Source: PVC group bacterium (GTDB lineage Bacteria > Verrucomicrobiota > Kiritimatiellia > CAIKKV01). Taken from it: a stretch of 64,000 nt of DNA. The stretch spans positions 14,618 through 78,617 of the forward strand of contig CAMDGM010000003.1 in NCBI GenBank assembly GCA_945898015.1, read 5' to 3'. Numbering within the stretch: the first letter of the stretch is position 1; each line of letters opens with the position of its first letter. A program made the position numbers and the translations under genes. Below the pieces are notes generated by a model. That model did not search any database. It saw only the letters and a program-made list of their open reading frames with translations, and had not been told where the DNA came from. Shown here one piece after another: positions 19,521-28,890 of this stretch.

Positions 19521-21428
19521 TTATTGGGGGGATCGGATCCAGCGGGCGATGGCGTCGGCCGCGAGGCGGGGTTTGGGCGCCCGGCCGGGGAACCATTTGT
19601 TCACCGGCTGGTCGAGGCAGACGCCGTGCATGAAGTTGTAGGTGGCCCGGCGCAGGCAGGCTTCGAGCTCCACCGGATCCGGAGCGCCCGGTTCCGTGAA
19701 AGGAATTTCGTTGCAGGCGAATCCGCCGGCCGGCCGGGGCAGGAGCCGGATGCTGTAGCGGTCCGGCTCCCGGGCCATGGGGCTGTGCGCGGTGAGCGCG
19801 AAGCGATGCCAGAAGGCGGACTGCAGGAGGCCCGCTGAAAAACATTGCCGGACAAACTCCAGGCCGTCCACGGTTTCCTGAAGGGTCTGGGTGGGGAACC
19901 CGGTCATCAGGTAGGCGTGCACCCGGATGCCCGCGTTGGCGAAAGCCGAACAGGCCCGGGCGGCATCCTTGAGCGTGATGCCCTTGTCCATCAGCGCCAG
20001 CAACCGGTCGTGCGCGCATTCCAGGCCGCCCGTCACCGCCACGCAACCGGCGGCCGCCATCTTAGCGGCCAGCTCCGGGGTGAACCCTTTTTCGAACCGG
20101 ATGTTGCCCCACCAGACGGCGGGCACGCCGCGGGCCGTGAGGCGGTCCGAAAGACCGGCGAGCAGGCCGGGGGCCAGCGCTTCGTCGGTGAAATGGAATC
20201 CGGCGCGGCCCGTGCGGGCGATCAGCGTTTCCAGCTTGTCCGCGAGCGCCTCGGCCGGCGTGGGGGAATAGCGGGCGATGTAGGGAAGCGAGACGTCGCA
20301 GAAGCGGCACCGGTGCCAGTAGCAGCCGCGCGCGGCGGGCAGCTTGAGCCACAGGCCGTCCGACCAGAGCCGGTGCATGGGGTTGGCCGATTCGGCCAGT
20401 CCGATGTACTGGTCGAGCGGCAGCGCCTCATACGCCGGCGTGATGGTCGCCAGGGGCGGCGGATCGGGCTCGCCGGCCGGGACGTCGAGGAATACGACCT
20501 TGCCGGCGCGCCGGACAAAGGTGCGGACGAGTTGATCATCACCGATCTTTCCGGCGGCATGGTGGATGGCGCGAAGGAGGGGGAGTTCGCCGTCATCGAG
20601 CGTGACGTAATCCACGAGATCGAACAGGCGGGGCTCGGTGAGGCTGCGCAATTCGGTGTTCACATAGCCGCCGCCGAGCGCGATGCGGATGGCGGGGTTT
20701 TGTTTTTTCAGGACGCGGGCGATGCGGAGCGCGGCATATAGCGTGCCCGGAAAGGGAACGGTCAGGCCGGCGAATCCGGGCTTGTGCCGGGCGCCGGCTT
20801 CGGAGGCGAGATCGTCGATCAGCCGGTCCGTGAAAGAGGGCGGGGCGGCGAGCGCGGCGGCCAGCGGCGTGAAATCAGAGGCGCTGACCGCGAGATGGTC
20901 GGCATAGCGGGCGAAGGCGAAGCGGGGATCCAGGCCGTCGCGTATGGCATCGGCGAGGTCGTCGAGGAAGAGGCTGGCGAGGTGGCGGGCCTTGTCGCGC
21001 ACATCGGCGGGCCCGAAGGCGTCGAGGGGGCTGGGCGTGGCGTCGAGGGGTTGGAAGCGGGGGCCTTCCGGCAGGTAGGCGCGGGCGGCGATCCGGTAGG
21101 CGAGGGTGTCGTTTCGGTTTTGGAGAAATTGAATGACGGGGTCGATGGCGGATTGGCAGGCGGGCGCGTGCTTGAGGACGTGGCGGACGGACGGGGCGCG
21201 GGAGGCGGGCCGTGCGGCGCGGAGCGCGGCTTCGATTTGGAGGAGTCCATCGCGCGAGAAGAGGCGGAGCGCGAGGGCGAGGGAAAGGTCCTCCTGGATG
21301 CAGGGCTGGCCGCGGACCTGGAGGAAACCAGCCAGCCAGGCGGTGGCGGGGTAGGGCGCGTTGATCTGGACCAGGGGCGGGGTCAGCAACAGCACGGGGC
21401 TGGCGGTTGGCGGACGGGAGGATTTCAT
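19521..21428 (-). CDS. B12-binding-domain radical SAM protein (Cys triad CYWHRCRFC)
   Basis: N-terminal Rossmann-like B12-binding region; 'GCYWHRCRFCDVS' Cys triad; start revised to MKSSRPP because the upstream 56 codons are translation of repeat copy 5. Confidence 0.5.
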   Translation of the reverse strand: MKSSRPPTASPVLLLTPPLVQINAPYPATAWLAGFLQVRGQPCIQEDLSLALALRLFSRDGLLQIEAALRAARPASRAPSVRHVLKHAPACQSAIDPVIQFLQNRNDTLAYRIAARAYLPEGPRFQPLDATPSPLDAFGPADVRDKARHLASLFLDDLADAIRDGLDPRFAFARYADHLAVSASDFTPLAAALAAPPSFTDRLIDDLASEAGARHKPGFAGLTVPFPGTLYAALRIARVLKKQNPAIRIALGGGYVNTELRSLTEPRLFDLVDYVTLDDGELPLLRAIHHAAGKIGDDQLVRTFVRRAGKVVFLDVPAGEPDPPPLATITPAYEALPLDQYIGLAESANPMHRLWSDGLWLKLPAARGCYWHRCRFCDVSLPYIARYSPTPAEALADKLETLIARTGRAGFHFTDEALAPGLLAGLSDRLTARGVPAVWWGNIRFEKGFTPELAAKMAAAGCVAVTGGLECAHDRLLALMDKGITLKDAARACSAFANAGIRVHAYLMTGFPTQTLQETVDGLEFVRQCFSAGLLQSAFWHRFALTAHSPMAREPDRYSIRLLPRPAGGFACNEIPFTEPGAPDPVELEACLRRATYNFMHGVCLDQPVNKWFPGRAPKPRLAADAIARWIRSPQ

Positions 21429-21519
21429 AACGGGGGGAAGGATAGCGGGTATGGGCCGGGATGGAAAGCGGGATTGTCGGGCGGGTCTGGGAAGCGGGTT
21501 GGCTGCCTGTGCGGCTTGC

Positions 21520-21745
21520 GGCGTTTCGGGCGTTAATAGGCGGCCGCTTTCGGGCGGATCCGGTTTCCGGCTAGAGGCGTCGGGGCACGAGCCCACGCCA
21601 CCTCGCCGTCAACCGGCTGCGCCTCGAAACCGGCTCGCCCATTTCCGCCTGATCGAAACGCCGCAAGCCCAAGCCCCTCGCGCGCCCGAAGGGCGGCGCG
21701 CGATTTCGGTTCCCGTGAAAAGCCCGATGACAATATATTTACAAG
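21520..21745 (+). repeat. Same dispersed repeat family, copy 5 (full length)
   Basis: Near-identical modules to 6815-7062 (GGCGGATCCGG..., GGCGTCGGGGCACGAGCCCACGCC, CGCCTGATCGAAACGCCGCAAGCCC, GCGCGCGATTTCGGTTCCCGTG). Confidence 0.8.
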
Positions 21746-21789
21746 TGCCGGCTTGAAAAAGGCGTGATTACCCGCATACTGGGCGCAAG

Positions 21790-23793
21790 ATGAAAACGAA
21801 ACTTGTTTTGATCATGGCTGGTTTTGTCCTTCTCGCTATCTTGCCGCAGACCGCCCCGGCCGCAGACGAGCGACCGGACTGGTGGCAGGTACAGCGCGAA
21901 CTGGATGGCGTCCTTCTGAATGGAGGAACGAATATCGCCGACCTGGTGAGGGCGGCTACCAACGGAGCCTTCCCCACCGCGCATGATGCCTTGTTCCAGG
22001 CGAGCGTGTTCATGCGCGCGGGCATGAATCAGGCGGCCATCGGGGCGCTGAAGGAACTGAAGGCAAAATGCCCCGGGCTGGACAATTACCAGGTCTCGGG
22101 CCTCTATCAGGACGCGGGCGAACACCGTCAGGCCTGGGAGCTGGCCCGGGCCATCGCCGAAATCTTCTCGGACAACATATCCAGCCTGGCGTTGTGCAAC
22201 GGTCTGTTCGATTCCTTTGAACAGGCCGGCTGGTCCGTCGATCGCGTCGACGCCTGGCTGGCCGATCGGGGTACCGGCCGCGACGGCTTCTGGGTCAAGG
22301 AGCGGCTCCAGTTCAACCGGAAACACGACCGCGGCGACGATCTTATCCGCGATCTGGAGCAAGGCGTGAACGACTCGCCTACGAATGCCGAAGTGGCCGT
22401 TGCCTTTTTGGAGGCGATTACTTATGCGCAGCCCTTTGCCAAGGGCGCGTTGAATCTGGCCTGGCTCACCCAGACGGTCAAGCCGGGCCTGGCAACCGGG
22501 GCGAGTGAAATCGCCGCTCGTCTTGAACAGTTGGCGGATTGGACCAACGCGGCGTTCTTTTTCCGGCAGGCGATCGCCATTCCTTTGACGGGTGATGAGG
22601 TCAGACAGTTGGGCGAAATGCGCCAGGTCATGATACCGTTTCCGATGATGGAGGCGGAATTCGCGGTCGGCGTTCGGGAAGGCTTGGCGCGCGTGCTCTT
22701 GAAGATGGGCCTGCCCGGGGAGGCGCAGTTGTGGATGGTGGAGGCGCAGGACATCCGGGAGAAAAACAAGCTGGGGCACGGCTCCTTGCTGGCCGGGCAA
22801 GTCCAGGGGGAGAGCGGGCAGCGGAGGATTGAGGAACGGATTCTGGCGGAGGAACAGAAATCGGAAACGGACCCCGAATACTGGCGTGAGCGGGCGCGGT
22901 ATTACCGGGGCCGGAAAGAGCCGGCGCAGGAAGAGGCGGCGCTAAAAAAAGGCCTTGCGCTGACTACGCCGCAGCTGGAACCGGAGCACACGTTCAAGGG
23001 CAAGGGGCACACGGATTGGCGCAGTTGGATGTTGTCGGATTACGCGGCCTTTCTGGCGCGGGAAAAGCGCCCGGCAGAAGCCGTGGCCCTGCTCCGAAAG
23101 GAGATCGAGGTCGCGCCTGCGAGTGCGGAATCGGCTACGCGGGCAGCCCGCATCCTGGCCTTTGACTTCGAGAAGGAGGTCCGGGTGGAGGACGATGTGT
23201 TGTGGGCCTGGCTGACCGGCCGGCCGAAATGGGAATTCACGGAGGAACGGCTATTGTGGCGGATGTTGGAGAATGCGAAGCGCGAGGTGTTGGAGGCGCC
23301 TTTTGCGCGCGCCGAAAAATTAGCCGCCGGCGCCGACCCGACCCGCGCCCGGACGCTGGGTTGGATCATGAACCGCATGGGTTTTCCGAAACGCTCCATT
23401 TCCCTGCTCGAATATGCGGTGGAGCGGGCGGCGGACAAGGATTTCAAGGCGACGGCGGCCTTTACGCTGTTCGAGTCGTACCTGGACATTGCGGATTGGG
23501 TGAAGGCGGAAAGGGTTTTCCCGGAGGCGGGAAAGCAACTTACGCCCTCTGAGTTGCCTGTGTGGTATGCGAAGATCGCGGTCATCGCCGCGAAGGCGGG
23601 CGAGGGGAAGGAGGCTATGCGGATTTTTAGAAAGCTGGCGAATTTGGCTCCGACCGCCACGAACGAGGTTGACGAGCTGGCCCGGTATGGCCTACGGAAG
23701 GACTTGATCGCCTTTTATCGCGCCATGCAGCAGGCGCTTCCGGAATCCGAGGTGCCGGGAAAGGTGCTGAAGAATCTGGACGCGAAACCGTGA
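21790..23793 (+). CDS. Secreted alpha-helical (TPR-like) hypothetical protein
   Basis: Signal peptide MKTKLVLIMAGFVLLAILPQTAPAADE; 667 aa; helical repeat character. Confidence 0.5.
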   Translation: MKTKLVLIMAGFVLLAILPQTAPAADERPDWWQVQRELDGVLLNGGTNIADLVRAATNGAFPTAHDALFQASVFMRAGMNQAAIGALKELKAKCPGLDNYQVSGLYQDAGEHRQAWELARAIAEIFSDNISSLALCNGLFDSFEQAGWSVDRVDAWLADRGTGRDGFWVKERLQFNRKHDRGDDLIRDLEQGVNDSPTNAEVAVAFLEAITYAQPFAKGALNLAWLTQTVKPGLATGASEIAARLEQLADWTNAAFFFRQAIAIPLTGDEVRQLGEMRQVMIPFPMMEAEFAVGVREGLARVLLKMGLPGEAQLWMVEAQDIREKNKLGHGSLLAGQVQGESGQRRIEERILAEEQKSETDPEYWRERARYYRGRKEPAQEEAALKKGLALTTPQLEPEHTFKGKGHTDWRSWMLSDYAAFLAREKRPAEAVALLRKEIEVAPASAESATRAARILAFDFEKEVRVEDDVLWAWLTGRPKWEFTEERLLWRMLENAKREVLEAPFARAEKLAAGADPTRARTLGWIMNRMGFPKRSISLLEYAVERAADKDFKATAAFTLFESYLDIADWVKAERVFPEAGKQLTPSELPVWYAKIAVIAAKAGEGKEAMRIFRKLANLAPTATNEVDELARYGLRKDLIAFYRAMQQALPESEVPGKVLKNLDAKP

Positions 23794-23806
23794 TGTGCCA
23801 ATTGTT

Positions 23807-24718
23807 TTATCCGACTGTTTCTATCAGGTCCTTCTGCACCACGGCGCCGGGCCGGGTCATCAGAGCGGGCCCGATTTTGCGGCCCGGATAGATCGAGGTG
23901 TGGATGCCGGTGTGGACGTGGTCGCCCAGGATGGCGCCGAGTTTCCGGAGGCCGGTATCGACCAGCACGCCGCCGACCATGGAGCGGTGGTTATTTCCAT
24001 CATGCCGGAAATTGGCGCAGATGGTGCCGGCTCCGAAGTTGACCTCTTCGCCGATGACGGAGTCGCCGCAATAGCTCAGGTGGCCGATGGCCGTGCCGTT
24101 CATGATGATCGAGTTCTTGACCTCCACCGACTGGCCGATGTGGCAGCGGTCGCCGATGCTGGTGTTTCCTCGGATGAAGCAATTAGGCCCGATTTTGCAG
24201 TCGGCGCCGATCATGACATTGCCTTCGACGTAGACGCCTGGCAGGAGGCGCGAGCGGGGCCCCAGGATCAGAATGCCCTCGAGGTGGGCGGCCGCATGGA
24301 CGCTGCCATCGATCCGGGATTCCGTCAGCGCGGCCAGCAGCTGTTCATTGACGCGGAGCAGATCCCAGGGGTAACGGATCCGAAAGCTGTCGGCGTCCGC
24401 CAGAAAGGCCGGCGCTGCGGACGGGACGCCGGTGCGGGGCCCCGACCAGGCCAGAAGATCCTTTTTGGCGTCGATCAGCGACCAGGTTCCGGGGCGGGCG
24501 GCGCAGGCCGCAAGCGTGGCGGTCGAGAGCCAGGCGTCGCCCCGGACGAAGAGGCTGTTTGCCCCGGTGGCGGTGAGGGCCAGTCCGGCGCGGGCCAGGC
24601 GCTCGCGTTGGATATCGGCCAGCGGCCGGTTGGCCACGGGACAGGCGGCGAGGTCGCGTGTGCAGGTGATCGGGTGGAGGGTTTCGGGGCGTCCGGCGTC
24701 GAGGAGTTCCGCGTTCAT
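23807..24718 (-). CDS. Left-handed beta-helix (hexapeptide-repeat) transferase, GlmU C-terminal-like
   Basis: Tandem hexapeptide repeats (IGADCKIGPNCFIRGNTSIGDRCHIGQSVEVKNSIIMNGTAIGH); 'IRYPWDLLRVNEQLL' linker; start overlaps glmM stop (ATGA). Confidence 0.6.
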   Translation of the reverse strand: MNAELLDAGRPETLHPITCTRDLAACPVANRPLADIQRERLARAGLALTATGANSLFVRGDAWLSTATLAACAARPGTWSLIDAKKDLLAWSGPRTGVPSAAPAFLADADSFRIRYPWDLLRVNEQLLAALTESRIDGSVHAAAHLEGILILGPRSRLLPGVYVEGNVMIGADCKIGPNCFIRGNTSIGDRCHIGQSVEVKNSIIMNGTAIGHLSYCGDSVIGEEVNFGAGTICANFRHDGNNHRSMVGGVLVDTGLRKLGAILGDHVHTGIHTSIYPGRKIGPALMTRPGAVVQKDLIETVG

Positions 24719-26067
24719 GCGTCCAGATCCTTTCCCACGGCCGCGGTCAACTCCTGGATCCAATGCGCCACCGCCTGCTGGGTTTTGGCTTCCACCAGGA
24801 GGCGGATCTTATTTTCGGTGCCCGAGTAGCGCACGATGAGGCGGCCGTCATGTCCCAGTGCCGTGGTTCCGGCGGCGATGGCTCGGGTGAGCGTCGGCAG
24901 CGTGTCGAGCGGCTTCTTGGTTTTCACCGGGAGGCTGACCAGCGTCTGGGGATATTCGCTCATGCAGTCGGCCAGGTCGCGCAGGGAGGCGCCCTGGACC
25001 TTCATGAGCTTGAGCACCTGCAGGGCGGTGATGATGCCGTCTCCGGTGGTGGCGTAATCCATGAAGATCACGTGCCCGCTCTTTTCACCGCCGACGTTGA
25101 ATCCCTCACGGCGCATGCGGTCGATCACCTGGCGGTCGCCGACATCGGTCACGTCCACGCGGATGCCGTGGCGGTGCATAGCCTCGTGCAGGCCGAGGTT
25201 GCTCATGGTGGTGGCCACGAGCGTGTCGCGGGCGAGGACGTGGCGGGCTTTGAAGTCGATGGCGCACAGGGCGAGGATGCGGTCGCCGTCGATCACGCGG
25301 CCGGCGGCGTCGGTGAAGATGACGCGGTCGGCATCGCCGTCGAAGGCGATGCCGATATTGGCGTGCTGTTCGACCACGAGCTTGCCCGCGGCTTCAGGGT
25401 GCAATGCGCCGCAGCCGTTGTTGATGTTGTAGCCGTCGGGCTCGGTGAAGATCTTGGTCACCTGGGCGCCGAGCTCCTTGAAGATCAGGGGGGCCATGGA
25501 GTAGGCGGCGCCGTTGGCGCAATCGAGCACGATTTTCAGGCCGACCAGGTCCTGGTTCTTGATGGAGCTTTTCGCGAACTCGATGTAGCGGCCCCGGGCG
25601 TCGTCGATGCGGTAGGCCTTGCCGAGCTGGTCGCTGCGGATGTGGTCGCTGGTGAGCTGTTTCGTGCCCACGTGGCGGGCGATCTCGTCCTCGATGTCGT
25701 CGCTGACCTTGAAGCCGTCGCGGCCGAAGATCTTGATGCCGTTGTCGTCCGAGGGGTTGTGGGAGGCGGTGAGCATGAGACCGACGTCGGCGGCCATGGA
25801 GCGGGCGAGGTGGGCGACGGCGGGGGTGGGGACGGGGCCGACGAGCAGGACGTCCATGCCCATGGAGACGAGGCCGCTGGTCAGCGCGGTTTCGAGCATG
25901 TAGCCGGAGAGGCGGGTGTCCTTGCCGATGACGGCGCGGCGCGAGCCGTGGCCGGTGGCCTTGAAGACGTGGCCGATCGCCTTGCCGACCTGCAGCGCGA
26001 TTTCGGGGGTGATGGGATAGCGGTTCGCCTGACCCCGGATACCGTCGGTGCCGAAAAGTCGTTCCAT
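24715..26067 (-). CDS. glmM: Phosphoglucosamine mutase
   Basis: 'LFGTDGIRG', 'GLMLTASHNPSDDNGIK' phosphoserine loop; start at MERLFGTDG behind AGAGG. Confidence 0.9.
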   Translation of the reverse strand: MERLFGTDGIRGQANRYPITPEIALQVGKAIGHVFKATGHGSRRAVIGKDTRLSGYMLETALTSGLVSMGMDVLLVGPVPTPAVAHLARSMAADVGLMLTASHNPSDDNGIKIFGRDGFKVSDDIEDEIARHVGTKQLTSDHIRSDQLGKAYRIDDARGRYIEFAKSSIKNQDLVGLKIVLDCANGAAYSMAPLIFKELGAQVTKIFTEPDGYNINNGCGALHPEAAGKLVVEQHANIGIAFDGDADRVIFTDAAGRVIDGDRILALCAIDFKARHVLARDTLVATTMSNLGLHEAMHRHGIRVDVTDVGDRQVIDRMRREGFNVGGEKSGHVIFMDYATTGDGIITALQVLKLMKVQGASLRDLADCMSEYPQTLVSLPVKTKKPLDTLPTLTRAIAAGTTALGHDGRLIVRYSGTENKIRLLVEAKTQQAVAHWIQELTAAVGKDLDA

Positions 26068-26231
26068 GGTTTGCCTCTGTGTGAGCCGAGGGGGCCCGTA
26101 CCGGTTGCTTTTCAAGCCATACTATAGAGAGCGGCCTTTCCCCTGACAAGCTCTTCTCCGCGGCTTGTCTGGGAGTGACAACGGCCGGAGCGCGGCGTAA
26201 AGTGGCGGGCATGGTTAAAGGAGTGTGATTC

Positions 26232-27878
26232 ATGAAAGTGGTGATCGTTGGCGGGGTGGCGGCGGGGATGTCGTGTGCGGCCCGGCTGAGGCGGCTTGAT
26301 GAACAGGCGCAGATCGTGGTGCTGGAAAAAGACGAATATGTGTCCTTTGCCAATTGCGGGCTGCCGTATCATATCGGCGGCGTGATTGCGGATCGCGACG
26401 ACCTGCTGGTGCAGACGCCTCAGTCGCTGAAGGGGTCGCTGAATCTGGATGTGCGCCCGTTTTCCGAAGTCACGGCCATTGACCGGGCGGCGAAGCACGT
26501 GAGCGTGAAGGAACGCAAGACCGGCAAAACGTATTTCGAATCCTACGACAAGTTGGTCCTCGCCACCGGCGCCCGGGGATTGCGGCCGCCGCTGCCGGGC
26601 TTGGCGCATCCCGCCATTCATGAATTGCGCACGGTCGCGGACATGGATGCCATCCTTGCCCGGCTGGGGCAGGGCGCCAAACGGGCGGTGGTGATGGGCG
26701 GGTTCATCGGCGTCGAAGCGGCGGAGAACCTCGTCCGCCGCGGGCTGGAGGTCACGCTGGTCGAGAAAATGCCGCAGATCATGGGGCCCCTGGATCCCGA
26801 GATGGCGGCCTATGTCCAGGGAGAATTGGAAACGAACGGTGTTCGGGTGGTGACCGGGTGCGGGGTGTCGGGGTTTGCCGATGCCGGCGGGGCGGTGCAT
26901 GTGACGCTGGAGGACGGCCGGAGTCTGGAATCCGATCTGGTGGTGCTGGCGATCGGGTCCGTGCCGAACAGCGACTTGGCGCGGGCGGCGGGCTTGACGC
27001 TGGGGCGGAGCCAGGGCGTGGTGGTGAACGACAGGATGCAGACGTCGGACCCGGATGTGTATGCGGCCGGCGACGTGGTGGAGACCCGTGAATTCGTGAC
27101 GGGCGCGCCGGCGTTCATTCCCATGGCGGGGCCCGCGAACCGGCAGGGCCGGCTGGTGGCGGATCAGATTGCGGGGCGGGACCTCCGCTACCGGGGGACG
27201 CAGGGAACGGCGATGATCCAGGTTTTCAAGATGAGCGCGGGCCTGACGGGGCTGACCGAGAAGGCGCTGAAGCGGGCGGGGGTGGCGTATCGGAAGGTCT
27301 ATCTGCATCCGAACGGGCATGCCGGGTATTTTCCCGGCACCCAGGCCCTGCATTTCAAGCTGCTGTTTTCACCGGATGGAAAAGCGATCCTGGGCGCGCA
27401 GATTTGCGGGTATGACGGGGTGGACAAGCGGATCGACGTGATCGCCACGGCCATGCGGGGCGGGCTGGGGGTGTTCGACCTGGAGCATCTGGAGCTGGGC
27501 TATGCCCCGCCCTACAGCTCGGCCAAGGATCCGGTCAACATGGCGGGCTTCATTGCGTCCAACCTGTTGCGCGGGGATGTGGCGTTCTGGTATGCCGAGG
27601 AGTATCCGGAGAAGACGACGGGGACGGTGCTGCTGGACGTGCGGGGCAAGGGCGAGTTCGAGGCGTGGCACATTCCGGGCGCGGTGAATCTGCCGCTGCC
27701 CGCGCTGCGGGCGGCGTGCGGGGCGCTGGACCCGTCGCGTGAATATCGCGTCTACTGCAAGGTCGGGTTCCGCAGCTACCTGGCCTATCGCATCCTTGCG
27801 CAGCATGGGTTCAAGGCGGCCACCCTGGCCGGCGGCGGCGAGTTGTTCCGCGTCATGTATCCGGGCGTGAAGCCGTAG
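26232..27878 (+). CDS. CoA-disulfide reductase / NADH-oxidase-type FAD oxidoreductase with C-terminal rhodanese domain
   Basis: 'KVVIVGGVAAG' FAD site; 'SFANCGLPY' redox Cys; C-terminal rhodanese 'YRVYCKVGFRSYLAYRIL'. Confidence 0.75.
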   Translation: MKVVIVGGVAAGMSCAARLRRLDEQAQIVVLEKDEYVSFANCGLPYHIGGVIADRDDLLVQTPQSLKGSLNLDVRPFSEVTAIDRAAKHVSVKERKTGKTYFESYDKLVLATGARGLRPPLPGLAHPAIHELRTVADMDAILARLGQGAKRAVVMGGFIGVEAAENLVRRGLEVTLVEKMPQIMGPLDPEMAAYVQGELETNGVRVVTGCGVSGFADAGGAVHVTLEDGRSLESDLVVLAIGSVPNSDLARAAGLTLGRSQGVVVNDRMQTSDPDVYAAGDVVETREFVTGAPAFIPMAGPANRQGRLVADQIAGRDLRYRGTQGTAMIQVFKMSAGLTGLTEKALKRAGVAYRKVYLHPNGHAGYFPGTQALHFKLLFSPDGKAILGAQICGYDGVDKRIDVIATAMRGGLGVFDLEHLELGYAPPYSSAKDPVNMAGFIASNLLRGDVAFWYAEEYPEKTTGTVLLDVRGKGEFEAWHIPGAVNLPLPALRAACGALDPSREYRVYCKVGFRSYLAYRILAQHGFKAATLAGGGELFRVMYPGVKP

Positions 27879-27951
27879 CGCCGGACGGGTGTATTTGGGC
27901 CCGGCCGGTTTTCGCCGAGACGGTTCACCCGCCGGGCTGTTGTCGCGTGCT

Positions 27952-28890
27952 TTATCGCCCTGTTGGCCGCGAAGCAGGCCTTGCATATTCGAAGACAAAG
28001 CGCGCGCCAAGCCCGGCGCTCCATGCGGTGTAGTCATCCTCGTTGTTGGCGCAGGAAACGGACTCCCAGTGGGCATAGGTGAATAACTCCATCCAGGGCC
28101 GAACCCGGTAAGCCGCCCAGCTGCCCAGATGCAACGGGGTTTCCTGATGCGCTTTATCGGCAACGTCTTCGTCGTAGGCCCAGCTTTCGTAGGCAATCCA
28201 ACCGCCGAGGGTCAGGCAGGCGGTGGGGCTGAATTCGGCCCCAAGCGTTCCACCCAAGCCCTCAAATTCGGCTTCCGGAGCACTCGAAATGTTTTTTTCA
28301 ATCATGAATTCAGCCCAGAGGCTTGTCTGGCGGGACACGTGCCATCGCCATTCGGGCCGAAGAGCGATAAGGGTATCCACCCGGGCAAGGGTCGAGGTGT
28401 AAGCCGAGGTATCATACGCCGTCCTCCGCCAATAGCCTTTCAGAATCCACTCGGCAGAGAGGTGTTCCAGAGAATGGCCGACAGAGGGTTCGGCCTGCAG
28501 GAACACGGCATCGTTCTCCGGCAGGGCCTCGTCGTTTAAGAATCCCGTCGCGACGATGGCGCCAAAATTATAACGATCTCCCAGGGCTCGTCCCCGCGCC
28601 TGGAGCAGGCCCTCTTCCTTGTGCGCAGGCTCCTCTTTTTCATATTGCATGCGACTGTAATCGAACACGAGCGAGGCTTCCGCCTGCTCGTTGATCAGGA
28701 ACACATCCAGGCCGGACGCGCCTCCCCAGCAGGCAGATCCTGATCCGGCGCCCGGCTCCTGAAGGCGGTTGTTTTCGTACCCGCCTTGTGTTTCCAGACG
28801 TGGGGAGAGGAAAAGGTCCGCCGCGAACGCGGGCGGGGCCGCCATGAGGATCCCGAGAAATAAAGCGCGCAGCAAAGGCGGCTTGGTCAC
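27952..28890 (-). CDS. Outer-membrane beta-barrel protein (hypothetical), last gene of the ECF-sigma operon
   Basis: Signal peptide LRALFLGILMAAPPAFA; aromatic-rich alternating strands; terminal F-x-F-E-Y-like end. Confidence 0.5.
   Translation of the reverse strand: MTKPPLLRALFLGILMAAPPAFAADLFLSPRLETQGGYENNRLQEPGAGSGSACWGGASGLDVFLINEQAEASLVFDYSRMQYEKEEPAHKEEGLLQARGRALGDRYNFGAIVATGFLNDEALPENDAVFLQAEPSVGHSLEHLSAEWILKGYWRRTAYDTSAYTSTLARVDTLIALRPEWRWHVSRQTSLWAEFMIEKNISSAPEAEFEGLGGTLGAEFSPTACLTLGGWIAYESWAYDEDVADKAHQETPLHLGSWAAYRVRPWMELFTYAHWESVSCANNEDDYTAWSAGLGARFVFEYARPASRPTGR

Noticed and set aside
21739-22800. 353-aa minus-strand ORF overlapping the 21790-23793 gene
   Set aside because: Plus-strand ORF has RBS-proximal ATG, canonical signal peptide and is twice as long; the minus ORF is Arg/Gln/Pro-rich and starts inside the repeat element
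24763-26353. Plus-strand 454-aa and minus-strand 319-aa ORFs over glmM
   Set aside because: Antisense/alternate frames of an unambiguous phosphoglucosamine mutase
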